Below are positions 39,291 through 52,524 of a stretch of DNA of 64,000 nt, one piece after another. Position numbers and translations under genes: made by a program. The notes under the pieces are model-generated. The model was not told where the DNA came from. It saw nothing but the letters and a program-made list of their open reading frames with translations, and searched no databases. Origin of the DNA: Dendrobates tinctorius (Eukaryota); assembly GCF_039654945.1 (NCBI RefSeq), contig NW_027361863.1, forward strand, positions 9,362,001 to 9,426,000. The letters are read 5' to 3'. Position 1 is the stretch's first letter; every line of letters begins with the position of its first letter.

Positions 39291-41076
39291 CGTGAGATTT
39301 TGGCAAACATCCTCCTCCTTCACAGGGGTGTGATAACGTGCTAACTGGGCCGACTAGTCTTTGGACAGTAATTCATGAAATCACTGCACACGTACAAATA
39401 GGAAATATGCTTCAAGTGAAGATTTATTTATAGTGGTTGGTGAAGCAACAGGCAAGTGACGTTTCGGCCAGATAATGGCCTTGATCACATAGTTGCTAGA
39501 AAAAATAGAAATATATACAATAAAGAAAATTAGAACATACAGTACATACTTTCTATATTTACAATGTATATAAACACAAAGCAGTAAAAGAACATGTCTA
39601 AGGTGTCAATGGAAAAACAATGTGTAGCTGCCAAAGGATACATATCACATTCATAGAGAGGCATCTTCAGAGGAAGAGGATATTAGCATGGTATAGTTTG
39701 GTACAATGAGATATAAGTCTGGTCTAATAAAATATCAGTTTATAAGCTTACCTACCCCTTTTATTGAAGCATCATAGGAAAAAAGAGAGATTAAGTCCCT
39801 GTAATGCTAATGCGGTATATCATATAATGAGATATATCCTGTAAGGTATAATACAGGGAAAAAAAAATGTTAGCCAGGATGAGACTAGATGACAATATCC
39901 AAATGCAGTCAATATGTTGAGAAACATTATTCTAAATGTGAGTATGAGTAGCATAGATCACCATATAGAAGGGATATAAGTGATTCAGATAAAGGGTACC
40001 TTAGATTACCAAATAAGAGGGATGTAAGTGATGGTTGTATCACATGAATACAAATAGTAGATGTATTACAATCTGTATAAATATGGAGAATGGTAATCAG
40101 CACGAATCATTAAAGTTGATATAGTATAAGCTTTGTGTAGCTGAACAGGCGACTAGTGTATATTATAATGACTGATATTGTATAATCAATATACAATACA
40201 TACCAAGATGGACATACCAAGGCATAGACATACCAAGATATGTGCGTCAATCTTATGTGGAAGGATGCAATCTGAGCATTGATTCCTATGTTGGTACTGG
40301 AATAAAGATAAGGGTAAGATATTCTAAGAACAGAGACAGCTCCTGATGATGATGGGTTCTGGAAAAAAAAAAGGGGGATATAATAATTACCCTGCATGAG
40401 GAGAGTGTTGCCAGGGTTCTGTTCCTAGATACAGCTAGACTAGGTACCACATAGCAAGTTTTAGTGTGGGACAAACACTCTGAAAACCAAAACAAGCGGT
40501 ATCACTATAGACTCTCGGGCACCTATAGACGCTGCATGTACTTATCTTGGATAGAAAGGGCTCTCACATCTGATGGCGGCACCATGGAGAATGCTGACAC
40601 ATCAGTGTCTGAACGAAGAGTGGCGCTGAATACCGTTAAGCGCTGCTAATGTAGAGCGCTAATGAGTCACGTTACCGGGGATGACGTGGAACGCTGGCGC
40701 ATGCGCAGATGTATTGTTGACATGAACATATTCATGGCGCTTGGTGGTGTGTATGTTGTCATGGGGTTGTGAGTCGGCGCTAGCCTCTAGCTATCGCAGG
40801 GTAGAGCCTGGATGGATGGACTGGAGAGCGTTGAATAGGAAAGGGGGAAGCAATGCAATAGTGTTATGAAAAGTGGAAGACTCCAACTTCTACTTAAACG
40901 GTTTGTTTGTAGGTAATTAGATGAAGTTGGGATGTATTGTAGAACACCTAATATGGTTGTGCCATGGTGTATATAAGCAATTTATACAAATATGTATATG
41001 ACATTCGCAATACATAGGAAAAAAATAGATGAAAAACCCACCAATCAGGGAACAATGGAAAAACATAAGAAATACA

Positions 41077-42643
41077 TAGTCATATGTTGAAGTTTGGGCA
41101 CCCCTATTAATGTTAACCTTTTTTCTTTATACCAATTATGTTTTTTGCAACAGCGATTTCAATTTCATATATCTAATAACTGATGGACTCAATTATATTT
41201 CTGGATTCAAATGAGGTTCATTGTACTAACAGAAAATGTGAATCTGAATTTTAACAAAATTTGACCGGTGCAAAAGTATGGGCACCTCAACATAAAAGTG
41301 ACATTAATATTTCGTAGATCCTCCTTTTGCAAAAATAACAGCCTCTAGTCGCTTCCTGTAGCTATTGATGAGTTCCTTGATCCTGGATGAAGGTATTTGT
41401 GACCATTCCTGTTTACAAAACAATTCCAATTCAGTTAAGTTTGATGGTCGCCGAGCATGGACAGCCCGCTTCACATCATCCCACAGATGTTCAATGATAT
41501 TCAGGTCTGGGGACTGGGATGGCCATTCCAGAACATGGTAATTGTTCTTCAACTTCGTCACTGATTCTTGCACATTATTGTCAAGAATCTGCTGATACTG
41601 AGTTGAATCCATGCGACCCTCAACTTTAACAAGAATCCCGGTGCCGGCATTGGCCACACAGCCCCAAAGCATGATGGAACCTCCACCAAATTTTACTGTG
41701 GGTAGCAAGTGTTTTTCTTGGAATGCTGTGTTTTTTAGCCTCCATGCATAACGCCTTTTTGTATGACCAAACAACTCAATCTTTGTTTCATCAGTCCACA
41801 GGACCTTCTTCCAAAATGTAACTGGCTTGTCCAAATGTGCTTTTGCATACCTCAGGCGACTCTGTTTGTGGCGTGCTTGCAGAAACGGCTTCTTTCGCAT
41901 CACTCTCCCATACAGCTTCTCCTTGTGCAAAGTGCGCTGTATTGTTGACCGATGCACAGTGACACCATCTGCAGCAAGATGCAGGTGGTCTGTGGATTGT
42001 CCTTGACTGTTCTCACCATTCTTCTTCTCTGCCTTTCTGATATTTTTCTTGGCCTGCCACTTCTGGGTTTAACAAGAACTGTACCTGTGTTTTTCCATTT
42101 CCTTACTATGTTCCTCACAGTGTTCCTCACAGTGGAAACTGACAGGTTAAATCTCTGAGGCAACTTTTTGTATCCTTCCCCTGAAAAGCTATGTTGAATA
42201 ATCTTTGTTTTCAGATCATTTGAGAGTTGTTTTGAGGAGCCCATGATGCCACTCTTCATAGGAGAATCAAATAGGAGAACTACTTGCAAGTGGCCACCTT
42301 AAATACCTTTTCTCATGATTTGATACACCTGGCTATGAAGTTCAAAGCTCAATGAGGTTACAAAACCAATTTAGTGCTTCAGGAAGTCAGTAAAAAGTAG
42401 TTAGGAGTGTTCAAATCAAGAAAATGATAAGGGTGCCCATACTTTTGCACCGGTCAAATTTTGTTTAAATGCAGATTGCACATTTTCTGTTAGTACAATA
42501 AACCTCATTTGAATCCAGAAATATAACGGAGTCCATCAGATATTAGATATATGAAACTGAAATAGCTGTTGCAAAAACCAAAATTGTTATAAAGAAAAAA
42601 GGGTTAACATTAATAGGGGTGCCCAAACTTTAACATATGACTG
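41077..42643 (-). mobile_element. Tc1 transposon (long IR/DR-type TIRs); transposase ~42244-41304, frameshifted and partly deleted
   Basis: ~210-bp TIRs (agtcatatgtt.aagtttgggcacccct); MGSSKQLS, VLWTDETKIELFG and WPSQSPDLNIIEHLW; the second catalytic Asp region is deleted. Confidence 0.9.
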
Positions 42644-42748
42644 TAAAAAAAAAAAAACCCAAAAAGGATATTTAAGTAGGAGTCCAAACTAAATGAAAAA
42701 GGAGGGGGGTTTAAAAAGGAAACTTAAGATAGCTCATACATGATTTAT

Positions 42749-45700
42749 TGTTATGATTGAGTCACCGTAGGAGGCAAAAATAGTAATGCTAGCTAAGTCC
42801 AGAACACCAGAGAAGTTGGCAGCTATCGGATTGCAGACCCCTGAACCTATCAACACAACTAGCAGTAGCCGTGGGGGGCTCCTACGATGCCCTAGGCCCC
42901 TCGATCACAGCCGGAGGACTACATAGCCTAAAGACAGAAAAGGGAAATCTAAACTGCCCCAGAGCAGACCCCAAAGTAAAAGGCAGCCCCCAACATATAA
43001 TGACGGTGAAGCAAGAAGAAAGACTGAGCAAAGATGGGGCCCACGCTAGCTTAGATAGGAAAGGACAGGAAGGCTGCTGTCTGCAATCCATGAAAAGCCC
43101 TATGAAAATAAGAGCCAACAAACTGACAGCAAAAAAGGCCCTGAAGACGCTAGGCTTCAAAAAAGCTATGTCAGTACTCAGGAATATTCTGAAGACAGAG
43201 CAACAGGCAAAAGGAGATTCAGCTCACCCCAGCAGGGAATGGCAGAATCCAGAAAAGCAAGGAAAACAAAACACTAATGCAAAAAGGCAAAGCAGAAATC
43301 TTAGCTTTAGATGAGCAGGAATCAGACTGGTTTCCTAGAAGTCCACAGAGAAATCACCCGCAGGCCAGAAGGGCGTCGGCAGCCTTATATCCAGTCATCA
43401 ACTCCACTCAGCCAGTCATCATCATCAGCCCCATGTGTTTGACAATCAGGCTCACTACCTTTCTTCACCAGAAGAGGGAGTTCCTCGGGCCTCAGTAGTG
43501 AAGGGGAAAATGAACTCGCAACAGTACCTCCCCCTTGAGGAGGGGTCACCGAACCCTCAACCACGCCACCAGGGCGATCAGGGTGAGCCCGATGAAAGGC
43601 ACGCACCAATCTTTTGGCATGAACATCAGAGGCAGAGACCCAGGAATTATCCTCCTGACCATAACCCTTCCACTTAACCAAATACTGGAGTCTCCGTCTA
43701 GCCAGACGGGAATCCAGTACTTTCTCTACCTCATATTCCATGTTACCTTCAACCAATACAGGGTCTGGAGCTGCAACCCCCGGAACAACAGGTTCAACAA
43801 ACCTCTTCAACAAAGATTTATGGAACACATTATGGATTTTAAATGTGACAGGAAGAGCCAAACGAAAAGAGACCGGATTAATAATCTCCAAAATCTTGTA
43901 AGGTCCAATAAATCTAGGCTTAAACTTAGGAGAAGCCACCTTCATAGCAATATTTTTTGATGATAACCACACCATATCACCAACCTTAAATTGGGGACCA
44001 ATGGTCCTATGTCGGTTGGAAAACCGCTGGGCCTTTTCCTGGGAGAGAGATAACTTATCCACCACATGGTCCCAGATCTGGTGCATTCTCTCCACCACAG
44101 TGTCAACCCCTGGGCAGGCAGAGGGCTCCACCTGCCCTGAAGAAAATCGAGGATGAAACCCAAAGTTACAAAAAAAAGGAGACCTCAAAGTGGCAGAACT
44201 AGCTCTACTATTTAAAGCAAATTCGGCCAAGGGCAAAAATGAAACCCAATCCTCCTGATCAGCAGAAATAAAACATCTCAAATATGACTCCAAGGTCTGG
44301 TTTGTTCTCTGTCTGCACATTGGTCTGAGGGTGAAAAGCAGAGGAGAAGGACAACTGAATTTCCAGCTTGGAACAGAAAGTTCTCCAAAATCTAGACACA
44401 AACTGGACTCCTCTGTCAGATACAATGTTTTCAGGAATCCCGTGCAAGCGAACCACCTGTTGTAAAAACAGGGGCACCAATTCAGAGGAAGAAGGCAACT
44501 TGGGGAGTGGTACAAGATGAACCATCTTAGAGAACCTATCACAAATCACCCAAATAACAGTCATCCTTTGAGAGACAGGCATATCAGAGATGAAATCCAT
44601 TGAAATATGGGTCCATGGCCTCTTGGGGACAGGCAAAGGCATCAACAACCCACTAGAGCGAGAACACGATTTAGACCGGGAGCACGTCCCACAGGACTGC
44701 ACAAAATTCCTGACATCACGAGACAAGGAGGGCCACCAAAAAGACCGACTCACCAGATCTCTAGTACCAAAAATACCTGGATGACCAGCCAATGCAGAGC
44801 AATGAACTTCAGACATCACTCTCTTCTTCCACTGGTCAGGAACGTACAACTTTCCACTGGGACAATGCTCAGGTTTGTCCTCCTGGAACTCTTCCAGAGC
44901 ACGTCTCAAATCGGGCGAGATGGCAGAAAGAACTACCCCTTCGCCTAAGATGGTAGCAGGCTTGGTCACCACAGGAGAATCAGCAAAGAAGCTCCTAGAG
45001 AGGGCGTCCGCCTTGACATTCTTAGTTCCAGGAAGAAAAGAAACCGCAAAATCAAAACGTGTAAAAAAACAAGGCCCACCTAGCCTGTCTAGGGTTCAAG
45101 CGCTTAGCCGACTCTAGGTAAATCAAATTCTTGTGGTCAGTGAGGACCACGACTTGATGTTTAGCTCCCTCCAACCAATGTCTCCACTCCTCAAATGCCC
45201 ATTTCATGGCTAACAGTTCCCGATTCCCCACATCATAGTTACGTTCAGATGGAGAGAACTTTCGGGAAAAGAAAGCACAGGGATTCATTTTAGATGTTAC
45301 AGGATCCTTTTGGGACAAAACAGCTCCTGCACCAATCTCAGAAGCGTCCACCTCTACCTGGAACGGAAGTGAGACATCAGGTTGCCGCAAAACCGGGGCG
45401 GAGGTGAATCTTCGCTTCAGCTCCTGAAAGGAAGAAACGGCCTCCGGAGACCAATTTAACACATCAGCACCCTTCTTAGTCAAATCAGTCAATGGCTTGG
45501 CAATACTAGAAAATTTTGCTATAAATTTCCGATAAAAATTAGCAAAACCCAAAAACTTCTAGAGGGCCTTCAAAGAAGTGGGCTGAACCCAATCGTAAAT
45601 GGCCTGTACCTTGGCCGGGTCCATTTCAATAGTTGACGGAGACAAAATAAATCCCAAAAAAGAAATCCTCTGTACTCCAAAAAGGCATTTAGATCCTTTG

Positions 45701-48480
45701 ACATACAGGGAATTCTCCCTCAAGATCCGGAACACAGTCCGAATATGTTCCACATGAGAATCCCAATCCTTGGAGAAGATCAAAATATCATCCAGATAGA
45801 TAATCAAAAATTCATCGACAAAATCTCGGAAAATATCGTTCATGAAGCACTGGAAGACAGAAGGGGCATTAGTGAGCCCAAAAGGCATCACCAGGTACTC
45901 AATGTCCCTCCGGAGTATTAAACGCCACCTTCCATTCATCCCCATGCTTAATGCGAATAAGATTATACGCCCCCCTGAGGTCAAGCTTGGTAAACCAGCA
46001 AGCACCTTTAACTCTGGAGAATAGATCAGAAATCAGGGGTAACGGATACTGATATTTAACAGTAATTTTGTTGAGAGCACGATAATCGATACAAGGTCTT
46101 AATGATCCATCCTTATTGTCTACAAAAAAAAAAAACCGGCACCTAAGGGTGACGAGGATGGTCTAATATGACCCTTCTCCAACGCCTCCTTAATATAGGA
46201 TCGCATAGCCTCGTGCTCGGGTACAGATAAATTGAAGAGCCGACCCTTGGGAAATTTACACCCCGGGCTCAGTTCAATAGCACAGTCATAACTCCTATGA
46301 GGAGGCAGAGACGCAGACTCATTCTCACTAAATACATCATAAAAGTCCGCCAAATAATCAGGAACATCATGCGACTGAGGAGAGGTGGAAAACACCGGAG
46401 CCTCACTAAAGGCACACCGACAACCCCAACTCGCCACAGACACAGATTTCCAATCCAAAACTGGATTATGAATTTGTAACCAGGGAAACCCCAGAACAAT
46501 AGTATCATGCAGATTATGCAACACCAAAAATCTGCAATTTTCTTGATGGTCTGGGGCGACCCGCATTACCACCTGGGTCCAAAACTGAGGTTTATTTTTA
46601 GCCAAAGGAGTAGCATCAATCCCCCTCAAAGGGATAGGCGTCTGCAGAGGTGTCATCGGAAATCCACAACGTTTAGCAAAATCCAAGTCCATTAGGTTTA
46701 GAGCTGCTCCCGAATCCACAAAAGCCTTGGCGGAAAATGTGGACAGGGAGCAGATCAGAGTAATAGCCAGAAGAAGCTTAGGTTGAACACCACCAACAGA
46801 AAACGTGTGTGCAAAGCTTTTCTCGCGTTTAGGACAGACAGAAATAATATGCGAGGCATCTCCAAAGAAAAAACACAACTTATTACGCCTTCTGAACTCC
46901 TGACGCTGCTCTCTGGAAAAAACTCTATCACATTGCATAGGTTCAGACATCTGTTCAACAGGTGGCAACACCTCTCGTGCAGCTCTGCGTTCGCGTAAAC
47001 GCCGATCAACCTGAATAGCTAATGACATAGAATCGTCAAGACCAGAGGGAACAGGAAATCCCACCATAGTATCTTTTACGGCTTCTGACAACCCCTTCCA
47101 AAAGAGAGCGGCCAAGGCACTATCATTCCAGGTAGTAAGTACCGCCCACTTTCGGAACTTTTGACAGTACAACTCTGCAGAATCACGACCCTGGTTCAAT
47201 GCCAGCAGGGTCTCTTCAGCCTGATCAATGGCATTAGGTTCGTCATACAACAACCCCAAGGCCTGAAAAAATGCGTTCACATTAGTCAGAATAGGATCAT
47301 CTGGTTTCAAAGAAAACGCCCAATCCTGGGGATCGCCACGCAACAAAGAGATGACAATTTTAACCTGCTGCGCGGAGCTCCCTGACGAGTTAGGCTTAAA
47401 GGCAAAAAATAATTTACAATTATTTTTGAAATTCAAAAATTTAGACCGATCCCCCAAAAAATACATCAGGTGTCGGAATCTTTGGTTCAGCAGCATGTGA
47501 ATGAGCAAGGTAGGCGGAAATTCCCCGCACTTCCGCAGCGAGCTGCTCCACACTATCAGACAATTGCTTTTTCTCCATTGAGAGAAAAAAAAATTCCCCC
47601 TACGGCCTCAGATATAGAGGAAAAAATATACACTTTTTTTTTTTTTTTTTTATACAATTCTTTCCTGCTATTGAGTACCCTAGAATCTGCGGTATGGCGG
47701 GTGATTGTTATGATTGAGTCACCGTAGGAGGCAAAAATAGTAATGCTAGCTAAGTCCAGAAAACCAGAGAAGTTGGCAGCTATCAGATTGCAGACCCCTG
47801 AACCTATCAACACAACTAGCAGTAGCCGTGGGGGGCTCCTACGATGCCCTAGGCCCCTCGATCACAGCCGGAGGACTACATAGCCTAAAGACAGAAAAGG
47901 GAAATCTAAACTGCCCCAGAGCAGACCCCAAAGTAAAAGGCAGCCCCCAACATATAATGACGGTGAAGCAAGAAGAAAGACTGAGCAAAGATGGGGCCCA
48001 CGCTAGCTTAGATAGGAAAGGACAGGAAGGCTGCTGTCTGCAATCCATGAAAAGCCCTATGAAAATAAGAGCCAACAAACTGACAGCAAAAAAGGCCCTG
48101 AAGACGCTAGGCTTCAAAAAAGCTATGTCAGTACTCAGGAATATTCTGAAGACAGAGCAACAGGCCAAAGGAGATTCAGCTCACCCCAGCAGGGAATGGC
48201 AGAATCCAGAAAAGCAAGGAAAACAAAACACTAATGCAAAAAGGCAAAGCAGAAATCTTAGCTTTAGATGAGCAGGAATCAGACTGGTTTCCTAGAAGTC
48301 CACAGAGAAATCACCCGCAGGCCAGAAGGGCGTCGGCAGCCTTATATCCAGTCATCAACTCCACTCAGCCAGTCATCATCATCAGCCCCATGTGTTTGAC
48401 AATCAGGCTCACTACCTTTCTTCACCAGAAGAGGGAGTTCCTCGGGCCTCAGTAGTGAAGGGGAAAATGAACTCACAACA
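42749..48480 (-). mobile_element. Gypsy/chromovirus (Tf1/sushi-like) LTR retrotransposon, near full length
   Basis: 775-bp LTRs (47706-48480 is 5', 42749-43523 is 3') with ~4 differences seen; TG...CA ends; PPT; gag (LRGDPQDWA), protease (VDSGA), RT (YLDD), RNase H (DAS), integrase (HISMDF, GPY) and chromodomain (YEVEKVLD...YLVKWKGY); ORFs frameshifted; flanked by ATTTAT on both sides. Confidence 0.95.
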
Positions 48481-49495
48481 ATTTATATAAGGTCTTACTG
48501 CCTTGACCAAGTATATTGCCGTGACAATATGTGCAAAAGATCAATGGGTCTAGGGAAAGAAATGCATTGGATAACTTAATCTATTTAACGATTTAAGGCC
48601 TCTAGGGCTGAGGGCATCTAATGTATAATTCCAATGCGTCTCACTTTGTTTAAGCAACTGGATATGGTTTGGCCTCCTTAAAGTGTGAAGGTAGTGGAAG
48701 CCATGTTTTTTTCACACCTACTGGTGGATTTGTGGCTGGAGATCCTGTCTCTGATGGCTTGGGTGGTCTCACCCACATGTAGCAATCCATATGGACACTT
48801 TATGATGTAAACCACAAAGTTAGATTCACAGGTATAGAAGTCGTTAATTGGGTAAGATTTGCCTGTGTGTGTGGAAGGATAACTTAATTTCCCTTGATAA
48901 CAACTCATACAATTTAGACAGGGAAAAGTCCCGGTCCCCCTCTGTCCAGTCAGTCCTTGTTAGTGTTTGTTTCTGTGACCCCCCCCCCCCCCAAATCCGC
49001 CCTGACTAACATCAGGGACATAAACCCAATCCCGGTACAGGGATTGGGTTTATGTCAACACAATACATCTGTGCATGCGCTAGTGTTCCACGTCACCCCC
49101 GGTCACGTGACCCATCAGCGCTCTGCATTAGCAGCGCTTACCGGTATTCGGCGCCACTCTTCGCTCAGACACTGTGTCAGCATTCACCATGGTGCCACCA
49201 ACAGATGTGAGAGCCCTTTCTATCTAAGATAAGTACATGCAGCGTCTATAGTGATACCGCTTGTTTTGGTTTTCAGAGTGTTTGCCCCACACTAACACTT
49301 GCTATGTGGTACCTAGTCTAGCTGTATCTAGGAACAGAACCCTGGAAACACTCTCCTCATGCAAGGTAATTATTATATCCCCCTTTTTTTTTCCAGAACC
49401 CATCATCATCAGGAGCTGTCTCTGTTCTTAGGAATCAAAGATAAGGTTAAGATATACTATGTTGGTACTGGAATAATGCTCAGATTGCATCCTTC

Positions 49496-51030
49496 TGTGG
49501 CGCCCCTGAGGGTTCAGTCGCCACAGAGGTACTGCACCTCCTCCTGAGGTGTGGTACCCCACCATCCAGGTAAGGTGGAGACACCTGACCACACTCCAAC
49601 ACCTGCACCCCACACCACAAAGTAGTGTAGCAAAGCACCTTCGGCGGCTCTCTGCTTGGAGTGTAGCAAAGCACCCCTTGGTGGCTCCCTGCTTGGAACA
49701 CAAAACGTGCTGGGTGGAGTTTAGTTCCCACCAAAAGAGCAGGAAGAGTTGAGGTTAGTCAGTCAGTCTTTCATTCAGTCAGTGAAGATGTAGAAGGACA
49801 GAGTGTAAGACAGAGAAGATCCCCGGGAGAGGGATGGAAGAGGGAAGTTTTCAGCAGGCCACAGTGATCTGGGTCTGCTGGCACAGGAAAGAGACAGAGG
49901 AAGGAAGCTTGATTCTCCATTGGGAAGAAGGATTAGCACGGAACGTGAGGAGAATAAGAGAACAAGGACCAGGGTTATAGGAGAACCCTTTTCAAGTTCT
50001 AAGCGCAAGGCCGGGGTCCGGTCCCCGAGGTTGTACGGATACTAATGGTCCTGCAGCAGATACCGGTGGAATAGAAGTGGGCCGCCCTCCCAGGGCTGTG
50101 GGGTACTCGGTACCAGGCCGGTGTCAGGGGGAATGTGTCACAGCAGTGGCGGTGACCCGGTCCGTGGCCCTGGGCACCCAATATATAAGTGATGATTTTT
50201 GTGGTTAATGGAATAGTTTCTGACGCCACCTGTGGTGTTTGGCAAGTAAGATGTTAAGCCAACGCTGCGTGCAGATCCGCTGGGACTGATGGTGTGATGC
50301 AGCAAAGATGGTGGAGCTGTAGTCCCAGGGCAGTGTAGGTGCAATGGATCTGGTGAAGTGCAGGATGGTGTGGATGCTGGTACCCAGATGTAGCGGTGCT
50401 GAAGGTGTTAGCAATGAATGAATGAAGGACACCAGAGCTTGCAGTTTCAAAGCTTTACTCACAGTTCGTGGTACACACTGGTGCCTGCCTCTGTGCCGTG
50501 TCCTCCGGGGTAAAGACTCAATCAACCTCCCGGGCAAGTCAGGGCTCTCTTCTCCAACACTCCGCCAACATGTTCCTTTCCTGAACGACGACTCCGGAGG
50601 ACACGGCACGGATGCGGGCACCTGTTAGTACAACAGACTGTGAATAAAGCTTTGGAGCTACAAGCCCTGGTGTCCTCCACTTACTCCTGCGCCAACCTGC
50701 CCAGCACTGCTACATCCCTTGCGCCTGACACTACACCATCTACGTGTCACTTCACCCACACTGCCCTGGGACTACAGCCCTGCCTGTGGAGGGCTATAAC
50801 ATCACTGCTGCACCACACCATCTGTCCCAGAGGATCTGTCTGCAGCGTCGGCTTACATCTCTATTGCCGAACACCACAGGTGGCGTCACGAATCACTCAT
50901 CATAAGCACAGTGAACATTTCCCTTTTACAATGGGTGCCCAGGGCCACGGGCTGGGTCCCAGCTGCCGTGACATCTCCCATTGAAGATCATTGGGCCCGG
51001 TACCGAGTACCCCACAGCCCTGGGAGGGCA
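49496..51030. mobile_element. Rearranged LTR-like element (tgtggcgcccctgagg family) with an internal inverted duplication
   Basis: Homologous to 55191-56489; ~50080-50625 is the reverse complement of the following ~50600-51030 type sequence. Confidence 0.6.
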
Positions 51031-51652
51031 ACCCACATCCACATAAGATTGACGCACATATCTTGGTATGTTTATTATACAATATCAATCATTATAACTT
51101 GTACTAGTCGCCTGTTCAGCTGCACATAGATTATACTATATCAACTTTAATGATTTGTGCTGATTACCATTCTCCATATTTATACAGATTGTAATACATC
51201 TACTATGTGTATTCATGTGATACAACCATCACTTACATCCCTCTTATTTGGTAATATAAGGTACCCTTTATCTGAATCACTTATATCCCTTCTATATGGT
51301 GATCTATGCTACTCATGCTCACATTTAGAATAATGTTTCTCAACATATTGACTGCATTTGGATATTGTCATCTAGTCTCATCCTGGCTAACATTTTTTTT
51401 CCTGTATTATACCTTACAGGATATATCTCATATGATATACCGCATTACAGGGACTTAATCTCTCTTTTTTCCTATGATGCTTCAATAAAAGGGGTAGGTA
51501 AGCTTATAAACTGATATTTTATTAGACCAGACTTATCTCATTGTACCAAACTATACCGTACCAATAACCAATATCCTCTTCAGATGCCTCTATGAATGTG
51601 ATATGTATCCTTTGGCAGCTACACATTGTTTTTCCATTGACACCTTAGACAT

Positions 51653-51815
51653 NNNNNNNNNNNNNNNNNNNNNNNNNNNNNNNNNNNNNNNNNNNNNNNN
51701 NNNNNNNNNNNNNNNNNNNNNNNNNNNNNNNNNNNNNNNNNNNNNNNNNNNNNNNNNNNNNNNNNNNNNNNNNNNNNNNNNNNNNNNNNNNNNNNNNNNN
51801 NNNNNNNNNNNNNNN
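51653..51815. other. Assembly gap (163 N)
   Basis: Run of N. Confidence 1.
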
Positions 51816-52299
51816 TTGTGATCAAGGCCATTATCTGGCCGAAAGGTCACTTGCCTGTCGCTTCACCAACCACTATAAATAAATCTTCACTTGAAGCATA
51901 TTTCTCATTTGTACGTGTGCAGTGATTTCATGAATTACTGTTGATCGGACCATTAGCTCCTTAAAGGGGCAATGTCACAGCATCGGTGACCTGGTCCGTG
52001 GCCCTGGGTGTCCAATGAATTGGAAGAATGTTTACAAGGGGATGAGCAGTAAAGGAGTTTTTGTATTAAGTGTTTGTGACGCCACCTGTGGTATCTGATC
52101 ATTAGTGACCAGCGCTGCAGTGCAGATCCTCTGGGTCTGATGGTATGATGCAGCAGTGTTGGAAAAGCTCTCCACAGGCAGAGATGTTGTCCCAGGGCAG
52201 TGGTGATTGGTTGAAGATGTAATGACTGCTGATGTTAGATGCAGCAGTCCTGATTGAGGATAGAGTACAGTTCCAAAGCTTTACTCAGTTTTTGGTAGT

Positions 52300-52510
52300 A
52301 GTAGTAATAATGATAAAATTTACTTCTATTGTGCCAACATATTGCGCAGCACATTACATTTCAGAGGGGACTTGTACAGACAACAGACATTACAGCATAA
52401 CAATAATAGATACCAAGAGGAATGAGGGCCCTGCTCGCAAGCTTACAATCTATGAGGGGGGGAAAAAAAAAAGGTAGCCACAAAAGGTGGGTGGTAACAA
52501 TTGCCCTGAT
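52300..52510 (-). mobile_element. L2 3'-end fragment
   Basis: Reverse complement of the 8660-8860 L2 tail (gagggccctgctcgcaagcttac). Confidence 0.8.
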
Positions 52511-52524
52511 TGTTTGGACTGGTC

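Larger units (their letters stand above)
39365..51941 (-). mobile_element. Penelope-like element: 5'-truncated ORF end (GIY-YIG, ~48595-48900) with inverted pseudo-LTR arms (39365-40727 / 49048-51941), interrupted by Tc1, Gypsy and an LTR
   Basis: FYTCESNFVVYIIKCP.GLL.VGETTQ.IRDRISSHKS and C-terminal W.YTLDALSPRGLN; ~1.3-kb inverted arms; hammerhead-like motif. Confidence 0.8.

Noticed and set aside
43385-47553. Domesticated PEG10/RTL-like gene
   Set aside because: It is flanked by near-identical LTRs with a TSD and its ORFs are broken, so it is an ordinary retrotransposon.
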